Assembly (NCBI RefSeq): GCF_004010195.1
Contig: NC_057752.1
Coordinates: forward strand, 15,581,031-15,645,030
Direction: 5' to 3'
Length of the DNA stretch: 64,000 nucleotides
Source of the DNA: Chiloscyllium plagiosum
Taxonomy: Eukaryota
Part shown: positions 12,192 to 24,530 of the stretch, piece by piece
Position numbering within the stretch: the first letter of the stretch is position 1
Layout of the letters: each line of letters opens with the position of its first letter
Notes under the pieces: model-generated
Told to the model about the DNA's origin: nothing
Database searches by the model: none
What the model saw: the letters and a program-made list of their open reading frames with translations, nothing else
Made by a program: the position numbers and the translations under genes

Positions 12192-15100
12192 TTTTGCAGC
12201 AGAGAACGGCGGGTGCTGGGCGGAAGTGAAGTCGAAGCGCAAACCCAGTCGGGAAGGTAAGTGATTGTTATTTAAGAACTTACCTCGACGCCAATGGCCG
12301 TTTTGCAGCAGAGAATGGCGGGTGCTGGGCGGAAGTGAAGTCGGAGCGCAAAGCCGGTCGGGAAGATAAGTGATTGTTATTTGAGTGGGTGTGTTCTCGA
12401 CCCCAGGTCCTACAAAGTAGGGCCACCCTCCCATCCTCCTCCTCGAACCTAAATTAAAAGTCCACAAACTTGCCCCAAAAAGAGGGTCCAAGGAAGTTCC
12501 TGTGGAGTGAAGAGTGAGGCTTTAGCCCAGGCGTCTTTCACAAGGAGGTTGAGTGAAGTGATTACGCCATAGTTGAAGAGGGTGAAGACATGACTGCCAA
12601 GCTGGTTCAGTGTGCTATGTGCTTGATGTGGGAGGTCAACGACTCTGGTGTGTCTGGCTCGTATAAGTGTGGAAAGTGTGTGCACGTTCAGCTACTGACA
12701 GAGAATTTTGCAGCACTGATGAAATAACTCGAGGACCTTAGGCTCATCCGAGAGAACGAGATCTTTATGGACAAGACTTTCAGTGAGGTTATTACACCGA
12801 CCATACCAGAAGAGAGCAGACAATGAGGAAGGCAGAGAGGAGGCAGGTGCAAGAGACCCCGGGGGAAGTACCTGTCAGGAACAAGTTCAATCTTTTGGAA
12901 ACAGACACATGACACTGGCAGTCCGCGAGGCGGCCAGGTCTGTCAATCAAACGTTGGCGTGAGGCAGAGCGGAAGAGTCGGACATCGCACAGAGTCGTGG
13001 TAATAGGGGACTCCACAGTGAGAGGAACAGACCGGGGTTTTTGTGGCAGCAGGGTGGACTTAAGAATGGTGTGTTGCCTTCCTGGTGGCAGGGTTAAAGA
13101 CATCACAGACAAAGTGCAGGAAATCCTCAAGGACGAAGGTGAAGAGCCAGAGGTGGTAGTACATTTCGGCACAAATGATGTCGGGAAGAAGAGGAGGAAC
13201 ATACTACAGCGGGACTTCGGAGAACTAGGAAGAAGGCTGAAAAGCAGGACGTCCAGGGTGGTTATCTCCGGTTTGCTTCCAGTTCCTTGGGCTGGTGAGG
13301 CCAAAAACAGGGAGATAATGGACTTAAACGTGTGGCTGGGGAACTGGTGGTGCAGGAAGCAAGGATTTAAATTCTTGGATCACTGGGGTATGTTTTGTGG
13401 TAAGCATAAATTATGCAAGAGATCCGGTTTGCACCTTAATAGGTTGGCGACCAGCGTTCTGGCAGACAGGTTTGCTATTGCAACACAGCTGCGTTTAAAC
13501 TAAGTAGCGGGGGGGGGGGGGGGGGGCGTGGTGGCGGGGGAAGGGACACGCTGGATGTTGAAGGGAAATTGAAGGGAAAGTTAGAACAAGGGAAGTCAAA
13601 CACAACTGTATCAATGAAGCAGAAAACTCAAAAAGGGATCATGCTGTAAGGCTGAGTGAAACAAGATTTGATGGGAAGGGTGAGGGCAGTAACAAATTAA
13701 AAATACTATATATGAATGCACGAAGCATTAGGAATAAGATGGATGAGCTTGAGGCTCTTTTGGAAATTGGCAGATACGATATTGTGGGTATAACTGAGAC
13801 GTGGCTTCAAGTGGACAGGGCCTGGGAAATGAATATTCAAGGCGACACATGCTATCGTAAGGACAGACTGACAGGCAGAGGGGGTGGGGTGGCCTTGTTG
13901 GTAAGGGATGATATTCAGTCCCTTGCGCGGGGGGGCCTAGTATCAGGGGATGTAGAGTCAGTATGGATAGAGCTGAGAAATTCTAAGGGTAAAAAGACCC
14001 TCTTGGGAGTTATCTCCAGGCTCCCAAACAGTAGTCTGGATGTCGGATGTGAGTTGAATCAGGAGCTGAAATTGGCCTGTCACAAAGATGTTACTACAGT
14101 TGTTATGGGGATTTCAACATTCAGGTAGACTGGGAAAATCAAGATGGTATTGGACCACAAGAAAGAGACTTTGTGGAGTGCCTCCGAGTTGGATTCTTAG
14201 AACAGCAACTGCTTGAGCCTAACAGGGAGAAGACAATTCTGGATCTGGTATTGTGCAACGAACTAGAATTGAACAGGGACCTCAAAGTGAAGGAGCCATT
14301 GGGAAGTAGTGACCATCATACAATAAGCTTCAATCTGCAATTTGAGAGGGAGAGGGTACAATCGGAAGTGACAATATTTCAGTTGAATAAAGGGAACTAT
14401 GGAGCTATGAGGGAGGAGCTGGCCAAAGTTCAATGGTGCATTACCTTAGCAGGGATGACAGTGGAGGAACAATGGCAGATATTTCTGTGTATAATGCAGA
14501 AGATACAGGATCAGTTCATTCCAAGAAGGAAGAAAGATCCTACGAGGAGGCATGGGCGGCCGTGGCTGACGATGAAGTTAAGAAACATATAAAGTTAAAA
14601 GAGAAAAAGTATAACATAGCAAAGATAAGTGGGAAAACGGAGGACTGGGAAGCCCTTAAGAAGGAAATACGCAGAGAAAAAGTGAGGCACGAAGGTAAAC
14701 TGGCCAAAAATATAAAGGAGTATAGTAAAAGCTTTTTTTAGGTATGTGAAAGGCAAAAAAATGGTTAAGACTAATATTGGGCCCTTGAAGACAGAAACAG
14801 GGGAATATATTACAGGGAACAAAGAAATGGCAGAAGAATTGAATTGGTACTTCAGATCTGTGTTCACTGGGGAAGACACAAGCAATCTCCCTGAGGTAAC
14901 AGTGGCTGAAAGACCTGAATTGAAGGGAATTTATATTTGCCAGGAATTGGTGTTGGATAGACTGTTAGGTCTGAAGGTTGATAAGTCCCCAGGGCCTGAT
15001 GGTCTACCAGAGGACACAGCTTAAAAATACGGGGTAGACCATTTAGGACAGAGATGAGGAGAAACTTCTTCACCCAGAGAGTGGTGGCTTTGTGGAATGT

Positions 15101-15304
15101 TCTGCCCCAGAGGGCAGTGGAGGGCCAGTCTCTGGATTAATTTCTGAAAGAGTTGGATAGAGCTCTAAAGGATAGTGGAATGAAGGGTTATGGAGATAAG
15201 GCAGGAACAGGATACTGAATAAGGATGATCAGCCATGATCATGTTGAATGGTGGTGCAGGCTCGAAGGGCAGGATGGCCTGCACCTATTGTCTATTGTCT
15301 ATTG
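12192..15304 (+). mobile_element. CR1 LINE with 5' UTR, ORF1 (zinc finger and SGNH esterase) and APE endonuclease; RT domain deleted
   Basis: ORF1 from ATG 12590 (CAMCLMWEV...YKCGKC, with internal stops). Esterase VIGDSTVRG/HFGTND at 12997-13503. APE NARSIRNK/GITETWL/SDH at 13712-14592. Jumps from KSPGPDGL to TRGHSLK at ~15006. (CTATTGT)n tail. Confidence 0.9.
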
Positions 15305-15699
15305 ATCACAGTTCCCTCATGTAGGCAGGTAACTATTTTGCTGCAATTTTCTGATAGTCAATTGAGAAATGGTACATTAGTTACTTCGGCAAAGAAAGAA
15401 AGTACACGGTTGTGATAAACTGTCATCTGTTATCATATCGAGGTTTGTTTCCATTTGCAGAAAGCTAATGTGACACAGTTAGATGAAGTCTCATGTGAGA
15501 CGGGAAATGCCAGATATGGAACGCTACACTAATGCCATTCTCAACAATACTTTTTTCAAATAAAAGGAGGACGAATCCACAAAATTGCCTGACATGCCTG
15601 TGTTTACAGAAACACCGACAGAAGCAGATAAGGTACCATTTAAAATTGTCACAAGGGAAAATTAAAGAATGAACAGAACACATTTCACTGATGGTCTCA

Positions 15700-17830
15700 T
15701 TTCAAATGTTAGTATTGTCGTGCTGCAGAATAACTTGATTGAAGCTATTTCAGGCAGGAGATCATCACTCCAATCAGTTCCAGAAGAAGTGCTAGGACGT
15801 GCAATTCATGGTGACTGGAGAAGTTCTCCATTATGGAGAGTGAGGTTAGAGTGTCCAGTCAAAATTGGAGAAGTGGTGGCAGGAGTACTAAAGAAACTCT
15901 TGTCTCCAGGAATGCAACTTATCCTTCATAATGATCTGACTGGTCACAGGTAGGAGTGCTGCCTACTGTGGTTGAAAGGCCACTGGAAAATCAGGCAACT
16001 GAGGTATTACAGGAAGTGTACTCTGGGACTTTTCCTGACTGTGTGATAACAAGGTCACAAAGTGACCTGTCGAAACAGGAGGAGAAATCAGAGAATACAG
16101 ATAAGGAAGTTGAAGTAGAATTATCAGACAACACATTTGATCGAATGATTGACACAAAACCATTTCAGGTGGAGGAAAACGTAGATATTTTGAGCTCAGA
16201 GAAATTAACGGAGTTACACCAGAAAGTTTTAAAACTGAAGCTATTGTCTCAAAAACGGGCACAGAAGAAGAACTTGAATATATTCCTGAACGTTACTATC
16301 TTAACAAGGATGTCTCGATGTGGAAATGGAGATCAGCACCTACTCAGGCAGTTTGGAAATGCCATAAGTTTATCAAGTTGTATTGCTTGTGGTTATCAAA
16401 ATGAGATGTTGCGAGCAGCAGATGAATTGCCAGTAGGAGGTCATTTAGGGGTAGGAAAACCTCAAGGTAAACTATAAAATCATTTTTACTAGCCTCGACT
16501 GCATAAGGATGAAAATGAATTTTGCTACACATGTCATGTGCATAAGTTTGCACCCACTTCTGCATTGCAGGAACCTTTTACAGGGGACTTAATTAATTGT
16601 GTAGGTCCCCTACCCAAAACAAAAAGTTGGAATCAGGATTCGTTAACAAAAATGGATGTGTCCTCTCGATTTCTAGAGGTTGTCCCATAACACATGATCA
16701 CAGCTAAAAGGATTGTAGAGGAGTTACTCAAATTGTGCAATCGATATGGAGTACCCACAGAGATAGAAGAAGGCCAGGCATCAAGTTTGGCATCAAAATT
16801 ATTCAAGGAAGTCATGGATAGCTTCGGAAAAAAAAACTTCAAATCTATTGCATACCATCCATAATCACAGGGGGTGCGAGAAAGGAGGCATCAGATACTA
16901 AAGACCATGTTGAGGGCTTACAGCAAGACTATTCAGATGATTGGGATAAAGGAATTCCATTTGTATTTTTTGCCATCAGAGATGCTCCAAATGAATTGAC
17001 CAAATTCAATCCATTTGAATTAGTTTTTGGGCACGGGGTGCGATGAATGCTAAAATTGATTAAAGAGAAGTCAGAGTTTAGAGACTACATACTTGAACAA
17101 TGTGCCAAGTTTTAGGGAACGGTTAAATAGAGTGGGACAGTTGGCTACACAGCATTTAAAAGTATCACAGCAAACAATAAAACAGGAAGCAGGCAAGAAA
17201 ATCAAAACTTGCAAATTCGCTCTCGGATTTGGTGTTAGTTTTACGTCCAGAGTTAGGTGAACGTTTAATAGCAAGGTTTAATGGACATTATCCAGCCAAA
17301 AGGAGATTGAGTGAGGTGAACTATTTGATACGGACTCCAGTCAGGAAGAAATCACACAGAATGCGTCATGTGAATATGTGCACAAGGTATTTTGACAGGG
17401 AAGGAAATCAAAAGGAGACTGTGTTATTGGTTACTACACAGAGTGAAGAACCAAGTTCAAAGGATTCTGAATTGGGCATTCCTCAAATTATATTGGATTA
17501 TGAAGTATGTTGAAATAAGCTGGGAAGTACTAACCTAAATATGCATAATGTGTGTATAGTTAAACCTGTTCGATTAAGCAAAATCCTTATTGGCATAATC
17601 CTATAAAGATGACCCAAGTTCAAAAGGAGATTGATCGCATGCTCCAAAACAACATAATAGAAGTAAGTTCCTGTGAGTGGAGCTCACCATGGTAATGGTG
17701 CAAAAACCAGATGGTATCCAAGGGTTATGTGTGGGCCATCAGAAAGTCAATGCAGTTATAAAGTCTAATTCAAATCCAATTCCATGCTTTGAAGACTGTG
17801 TTGAAAAGCTGGGGCAAGCAACCTATATGG
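15700..17830 (+). mobile_element. Degenerate Gmr1-like Gypsy fragment, order PR-INT-RT(start)
   Basis: RVRLECPVKIGEVVAGV...LHNDL, GGHLGV (integrase zinc-binding region), HVNMCTRYFDRE, then MVQKPDG...KVNAV. Truncated by a Penelope-like element. Confidence 0.85.
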
Positions 17831-17924
17831 AAGAGAAAGTGAGGACTGCAGAGGCTGGAGATCAGAGCTGAAAATGTGTTGCTGGAAAAGCGCAGCAGGT
17901 CAGGTAGCATAAAAGGAACAGGAG

Positions 17925-17960
17925 AATCGACGTTTCGGGCATAGGTCCTTCTTCAGGAAT
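17925..17960 (-). ncRNA. Candidate minimal hammerhead ribozyme (one mismatch in stem II)
   Basis: CUGAAGA-A-GGAC-CUAU-GCCC-GAAA-CG-UC read on the minus strand. Confidence 0.45.
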
Positions 17961-18008
17961 GAGGAAAGTGTGTCCAGCAGGCTAAGATAAAAGGTAGGGA
18001 GGAGGGAC

Positions 18009-18725
18009 NNNNNNNNNNNNNNNNNNNNNNNNNNNNNNNNNNNNNNNNNNNNNNNNNNNNNNNNNNNNNNNNNNNNNNNNNNNNNNNNNNNNNNNNNNNN
18101 NNNNNNNNNNNNNNNNNNNNNNNNNNNNNNNNNNNNNNNNNNNNNNNNNNNNNNNNNNNNNNNNNNNNNNNNNNNNNNNNNNNNNNNNNNNNNNNNNNNN
18201 NNNNNNNNNNNNNNNNNNNNNNNNNNNNNNNNNNNNNNNNNNNNNNNNNNNNNNNNNNNNNNNNNNNNNNNNNNNNNNNNNNNNNNNNNNNNNNNNNNNN
18301 NNNNNNNNNNNNNNNNNNNNNNNNNNNNNNNNNNNNNNNNNNNNNNNNNNNNNNNNNNNNNNNNNNNNNNNNNNNNNNNNNNNNNNNNNNNNNNNNNNNN
18401 NNNNNNNNNNNNNNNNNNNNNNNNNNNNNNNNNNNNNNNNNNNNNNNNNNNNNNNNNNNNNNNNNNNNNNNNNNNNNNNNNNNNNNNNNNNNNNNNNNNN
18501 NNNNNNNNNNNNNNNNNNNNNNNNNNNNNNNNNNNNNNNNNNNNNNNNNNNNNNNNNNNNNNNNNNNNNNNNNNNNNNNNNNNNNNNNNNNNNNNNNNNN
18601 NNNNNNNNNNNNNNNNNNNNNNNNNNNNNNNNNNNNNNNNNNNNNNNNNNNNNNNNNNNNNNNNNNNNNNNNNNNNNNNNNNNNNNNNNNNNNNNNNNNN
18701 NNNNNNNNNNNNNNNNNNNNNNNNN
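18009..18725. other. Assembly gap (717 N)
   Basis: Run of Ns between the inverted repeats. Confidence 1.
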
Positions 18726-19046
18726 TCCTCCATCGCTAGACCATGGCAACACGACGGTTGGAGGAAGAGTGCCTCATCTTCTGCCTGGGAACCCTCCAAC
18801 CACAAGGGATGAACTCGGATTTCACCAGTTTCCTCATTTCCCCTCCCCTCACCTTGTCTCAGTCAAATCCCTCAAACTCAGCACCGCCTTCCTAACCTGC
18901 AATCATCATCCTGACCTCTCCGACCCCACCCCACTCTGACCTATCACCCTCACCTTGACCTCTTTCCACCTATCGCATTTCCAACGCCCCTCACCCATGT
19001 CCCTCCTCCCTACCTTTTATCTTAGCCTGCTGGACACACTTTCCTC

Positions 19047-19082
19047 ATTCCTGAAGAAGGGTTTATGCCCGAAACGTCGATT
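19047..19082 (+). ncRNA. Candidate minimal type I hammerhead ribozyme in the Penelope terminal repeat
   Basis: CUGAAGA(19051-57)-A-GGGU-UUAU-GCCC-GAAA(19071-74)-CG-UC, with palindromic ACGU in place of helix III. Confidence 0.6.
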
Positions 19083-19793
19083 CTCCTGTTCCCTGGATGC
19101 TGCCTGACCTGCTGCGCTGTTCCAGGAACACATGTTCAGCTCTAATCACTTCACTCATACAGACATAGAATCAGAGAGTCATCCAGCACGGAAAAAACCT
19201 TTCGGTCTAACCAGTCCATGTGGACCATAATTCTAAAATAAACTAGTCCCGCCCTTGGTCCATATTCTTCCAAACATTTCTTATTCATGTATTTATCTAA
19301 ATGTCTTTTAAACGTTGTAACTGTACACACATCCCACACTTCCTCTGGAGGTTCATTCCACACACAAACCACTCTGTGTGTAAAACAAAATGTCCTCATG
19401 TCTTGTTTTCAATCCTTCTCCTTGCACGTTAAAAATATGCCCCGAATCTGGAAATCCCCCCCCCCCCCCCCGCGAAAGGGAAAAGATAACTGCCATTCGC
19501 CTCATTTTTATATCTCTTGATTTCGCAAAGCTTTATAAAGTTATCCCTCAAGCTCCTACACTCCAGTGAAAACAGTTCCAGCCAATTCAGCCTCTCCCTA
19601 TGAATGAAACCTTCCATTCCTGGGAACATCCTGGTAAATCCTTTCTGAAGACTCTCCAGCTTAATTGTATCCATTCTGCAAGAGGGTGACCAGAAATGCT
19701 CACATTACTCCTGATCTGGCCGAGGTAAAGAGTGAAGTGATGGTTGAAGTGGGGTTGCTGATTGAGACAAGCTGAGCTGCTCATACAGAGAGC

Positions 19794-20187
19794 TCACCCA
19801 GTCAGCACTGATCCTGTGGCAAATCCTCCCACCGGGGAGGGCCCAATCATTTAGGCTGGCACGGTGTCTCAGTGGTTACCACTGCGACCTCAAAGCACCA
19901 GGGACCCGGTTTTAATTCCAGCCTCAGGCCAGTGTGTGTGTGGAATTTGCACATTCTCCCTGCATATATGTGGGTTTACAGCAGATTTCGTCACCCAGTC
20001 AGCACTGATCCTGTGGCAAATCCTCCCACTGGGGAGGGCCCAATCATTTAGGCTGGCACGGTGTCTCAGTGGTTACCACTGTGACCTCAAAGCACGAGGG
20101 ACCCGGTTTTAATTCCAGCCTCAGGCCAGTGTGTGTGTGGAATTTGCACATTCTCCCTGCATATATGTGGGTTTACAGCAGATTTCG
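19794..20187. repeat. 197-bp tandem duplication including a SINE head
   Basis: 19794-19990 and 19991-20187 differ at about 3 positions. Confidence 0.95.
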
Positions 20188-20686
20188 TCCCACAATACAA
20201 AGATGTGCAAGTTCGGTTAATTTTTTATGCTAAATTGCCCATTGTGTTCAGAGATGTGTAGGTTAAGTGCATTAATCAGGGATTAATGTAGCGTCATAGG
20301 GTAGGGTAATGGGTCTGGATTGGTTACTCTTGAGAGGATCGTTGTGGACTTTTTTGACCAAATGGACTGTTTCCACTCTGTAGGGATTCTATGATGAAAA
20401 CACGGGAGGGGGGTACTTTGAGATATTTTTGAACGAAGAATGTCTCAGTTGAATTTGTTCATCTCAAGAGAGCTTCAGATCTGTCCAAAATGTCTCCATC
20501 GCCAGCGAGTTAACTCGGCTGTCGTAACCTTTGTTTGTGAATTCTGTAGAAAATAATCAACTCTAAAATGTTATAAACCCATTTTCCCCTCGCAGTACCT
20601 GTAGGGTATAAAATAAGGGTGTTAATCCCGCTCTGAATCAGTGAGATTATTTGCAGCACGAAGTGATTGATCTCTTCACTCAGAAA

Positions 20687-22477
20687 ATGTATCTACAAAT
20701 CCAAACGGTTAGGAACATATTCTACGTTGCAATAGCTGTACTCGGTGTGTCTGATAAAGGTCTGTGATTGTTGAGAGTAAGGTTCTTGTGATGCAGTGGT
20801 CGTGTCCCAATCTCTGAACTAAAGCAGGCCTGGGTACAAGTACCCCCTATTCCCCATGTGTTTCTCACATCTCAGTGCAAGTTGATTAAAAGTGCCTCGA
20901 ATTGTTGATGTTGCATGAGTCAACATGTTTGAACAATTACTGTCTTGGGGAGGTTATTGTTGTACCGGATTCATTTGGAGGGAAACTGCTGAGGACAGGC
21001 TGAGTTGCACAGAAGCTCACTTAAAAAAAAACATTTTGAGTTGGCAGAACGCTTTGTAAGAACACATTTGATTGGATGGAAAGTTCTGAGGGTATGGTTG
21101 AGTTGGAGGAAGGTCGCTAAGAACAAGCTGAATTGGGGAGAAAGCTGCCAGAAGGAAGCTGCTCCGGATAATCTGTCCCAATTCAGAAACACAAAAGTTC
21201 CATGACATAAATTCAGAGTGAAACCTATTCCCGATTTTGAAAGAGTGACTGGAAGAAGATCAAAACATTATGTTTACTGAAGAATCTGTATGCATAAGAC
21301 TTTGTGGAAAGGTGCATGTTTAGTAGCATAACCACATCACTATCTCACAGTGAATTTACTGGCACTTGTGATTTCTATCAAAGGCAAGTGAGGAATCTCC
21401 CCATGCACCACATCCTACCTGGTCGCCATGGCAAAAGCGAATCTACTGTACATTATCCTTGAGGTCGGACTGTATGGGATTAAGAAATATTATTTCCAGA
21501 GGAATTTCTTGGATGTGACGACTGTCTGCAGAGTTCACTATACCCTGCGCCGTGCTGCCACCGATTGTTCTGTCTGGTTCACCGTCACTTTTACCTTTGA
21601 TCGATTTGTTGCCAGAAGTTGAAAACGAAATATTGCACCAAGCAAACGGCGACAATGATTCTAGCAACAACAGGCATTCTGCTCTGTTTCCAAAATATTC
21701 CCACCTACTTCAATTATGAAGCTATACGCATGATTAACAATGTCGAGTGGTACTGCACCAGCAGTGGATCATAATATAAAGATCCACATGGAGAGGATTC
21801 AATAGGTTTGAAAAGGTCTTAACTCAAATGCTCCCATTTGCTTTAATTCTTTTGATCAACATTCTGACAGTCAGTCACATTTAGTGGCCAGTCGGGCCAG
21901 TAGATTAGATGACTTACAGTGTGGAAACAGGCTCTTCGGGGTGTCCACACCGATCCGCCACCCACCCATAGCCCTACATTAACCCCTTTTAACCTAACAT
22001 TACGGGCAATTTAGCATGGCCAATTCACATAACCCGCACATCTTTGTGACTGTGGGAGGAAACCGCAGGAAACCCACGCAGACACGGGGAGAATGTGCAA
22101 ACTCCACAGTCAGTCGCCTGAGTCGGGAATTGAACCCGGGTCTCTGGCGCTGTGAGGCAGCAGAGCTAACCACTGTGCCACCGTGGTTAGCACCGTAATC
22201 GACTGAGGGATCAGAGCAAGGGGCAGAATCATTGTGACCCAGAGACGGATATCCAGTAGTTTCATCCTTCTATGTTGTGTTACCTTTTCAATTGCTTTCG
22301 TATTTATTGGATGAATATTCTGAAAATATATTCCAATATGTTGTGTATATGCTGCGGGATATAAACTGCTGCACAAACGCACTTATTTATGTAGCAATAC
22401 TACCCAAGTTCAGAGAAAAGTTCACAAACGCGTTGATGTTTCCTTTGAAGTAAACTACTCAATGTAAGCATCAATAA
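20687..22477 (+). pseudogene. GPR139-like GPCR pseudogene (exon 1 20687-20753, exon 2 21351-22477)
   Basis: Exon 1 MYLQIQTVRNIFYVAIAVLGVS with donor GT>AT. TGA at 21389. 10-bp deletion after DRFVA. SINE insertion at 21899-22193. Deletion of the ESRRKSIILLFA segment. Confidence 0.92.
21899..22193 (-). mobile_element. HE1-like SINE inserted in the pseudogene coding region
   Basis: TAGATTAGAT tail and tRNA-like head. Interrupts the ASRA|RK-encoding segment. Confidence 0.85.
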
Positions 22478-22502
22478 AACAAATGGTAATGCCACAGCAT
22501 GT

Positions 22503-23388
22503 AGAACATAGAACATAGAACATAGAAGAATACAGCGCAGTACAGGCCCTTTGGCCCTCGATGTTGCGCCGATCCAAGCCCACCTAACCTATACTAACCC
22601 ACTATCCTCCATATACCAATCCAATGCCTGCTTAAATGCCCATACAGGGGGAGAGTCCACCACTGCTACTGGCAGGGCATTCGATGAACTTACGACTCGC
22701 TGAGTGAAGGACCTACCCCTAACTTCAGTCCTATATCTACCACCCCTTAATTTAGAGCTATGCCCCCTTGTAATACCCGGCTCCATACGCGGGAAAAGGT
22801 TCATACTGTCGGCCCTATCTCACCCCCTAATCATCTTGTACACCTCAATCAAGTCGCCCCTAAACCTTCTTTTCTCTAGTGAAAACAGCCCCAAGTGCCT
22901 CAGTCTTTCCTCATACGATTTTCCTTCCATACCAGGCAACATCCTGGTAAACCTCCTCTGCACCCGTTCCAGTGCCTCCACCTCCTTCCTATAGTATGGC
23001 GACCAAAACTGGACACAATATTCCAGATGCGGGCGGACCAGAGTTTTATACAACTGCATCATGACCTCAGGACTCCGGAACTCAATTCCTCTACCAATAA
23101 AAGCCAGTACGCCATATGCCTTCCTCACCGCACTATTTACCTGGGTGGCAACTTTCAGAGATCTGTGTACATGGACACCAAGATCCCTCTGCTCATCCAC
23201 ACTACCAAGTATCCGACCATTAGCCCAGTACGCCATCTTTTTGTTATTCTTCCCAAAGTGAATCACCTCGCCCTTAGCTACATTGAATTCCATCTGCCAC
23301 CTTTCTGCCCTGCTCTGCAGCTTCTCTATATCCTGCTGTAACCTGCCACATGCTTCCTCACTGTCAACAACTCCTCCGACTTTCGTAT
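22503..23388 (-). mobile_element. Young 5'-truncated CR1 LINE in the pseudogene 3' UTR
   Basis: MEFNVAKGEVIHFG...LVRPHLEYCVQFWSP ORF and (AGAACAT)n tail. CATGT at 22498-22502 and 23389-23393. The site is empty in both intact paralogs. Confidence 0.92.
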
Positions 23389-23619
23389 CATGTGAAGGGG
23401 AATGGATAACAGTGACAGTTGGATGAATGGAGGAAAAGAAAGGTTCTGTCTAAGCAAATCTGTTTAATATTAGCGATAACGAAAAGGGTACTCAGGGTAT
23501 TAATACAAGGATGCCTTTGAACAGCACATTTAAATGACACCAAAGACTACTGCATCAAGACCGATGGATGAACATGAATAAATGGGGAACGATAAGTGTC
23601 ACAGAGTGTCCTCTGGAGC

Positions 23620-23790
23620 AAGAAAGGAGACAGAATTCAGACCCCTGTCCATCTGGAACTCGACATCACCCCACAGCCCATACCCTACCTGTGACTTGAT
23701 GTTCCACAGTCTGAGCTGTCTGAGGGAAATCCTCCTGGTGGCCTTTCGAACAGGACGGAGGCGTTATCTGTACGGGCTGATGCTGCACAT
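23620..23790 (+). mobile_element. Tx1-like LINE fragment, part of the duplicated gene flank
   Basis: Reverse-complement match to ~35030-35210 and ~58310-58490. Confidence 0.65.
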
Positions 23791-23939
23791 TCACCATTGT
23801 AAAGGCCTTTCAAGATCGGTGGGCACTGCGGGAGCTATAGTGCATCACCAGCCTGGAAAAAGGATCTTGTCATTCAGTAAGTTTCTGTTCCAATGATTTC
23901 CACCCCCCACAAAAACGAGGGTTTCAATTTATTTCGGTT

Positions 23940-24530
23940 AGTGAGAGAGAACACATCGTGCACAGAATTGATAGCAAAAGATCAAAGAGTCATGCAACTT
24001 CCGCAAATGTATTGAACAAACGTGGATGATTATTTGGTCTTTCATCAGTTAGAACAGAGGTGTAGGTTTTAATTGATTAATATGTTCATCCCAGAATTTC
24101 TTTCAAGTCACTGCGTATTTTCTTCAAAAAACAAAAGATCAGATCGACAGCCAGTCAATGTGGCACTTTATAAATTCCTACTTCGGAAATAAAAGTAATC
24201 TAAACGTTACAAACAGCCTTGAAAAATGGCCTCAGACTGAAAGTACGTTGTCTGACCAGAGGTGTCACCTTTGTTCTGATAAAACCTGAAACTATCTCGG
24301 GGCAGTTACTTGAAGAAATTCTGGGATTTACATTTTAATTAATCGAAATTTGCACCTCCACTCAAACTGATTTGCATACGTTGTATGACTCTTTGATCTT
24401 TTACGTATAAATTCTGTGTCCGATGTATTCTCTCTCACAAGCTGCCTGAGGAAGGAGCACTGGCTCTGAAAGCTTTTGAAATCACATAGAAACGTATTGG
24501 AATGTAACGCGATGTCAAATGATTTTTGGT
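23940..24530. mobile_element. Old Penelope-like terminal-repeat region arranged as an inverted repeat
   Basis: 23941-23998 is inverted relative to 24381-24438, and 24091-24114 relative to 24302-24325. Decayed CUGAGGA...GAAAGCUU at 24446-24475. Confidence 0.6.

Larger units (their letters stand above)
17832..19143 (+). mobile_element. Penelope-like element with an inverted left terminal repeat, spanning an N gap
   Basis: 17868-18008 is the reverse complement of ~18999-19143. 18726-18840 encodes RRLEEECLIFCLGTLQPQGMNSDFTSF, the GIY-YIG ORF C-terminus. Confidence 0.8.

Noticed and set aside
12997..13503. Host SGNH esterase gene
   Set aside because: It is the CR1 ORF1 esterase domain, adjacent to APE. 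The upstream ORF1 has stops and the DxxH Asp is replaced (SGLH).
17900..18805. 301-aa and 256-aa ORFs
   Set aside because: Artefacts of translating through the N gap.
20607..20613. TATAAAA as the promoter TATA box
   Set aside because: Present in the two pseudogenes but changed in both intact genes. The adjacent AG acceptor is better conserved.
20785..20850. tRNA-like sequence at the start of each GPCR intron, and the SINE heads
   Set aside because: Decayed tRNA-derived SINE heads with no complete cloverleaf; not tRNA genes.
21005..21205. Short ORFs in the conserved intron segment as an extra exon (also 8744-8941)
   Set aside because: Frames are not preserved between paralogs, and exons 1 and 2 already give a complete 7TM protein.
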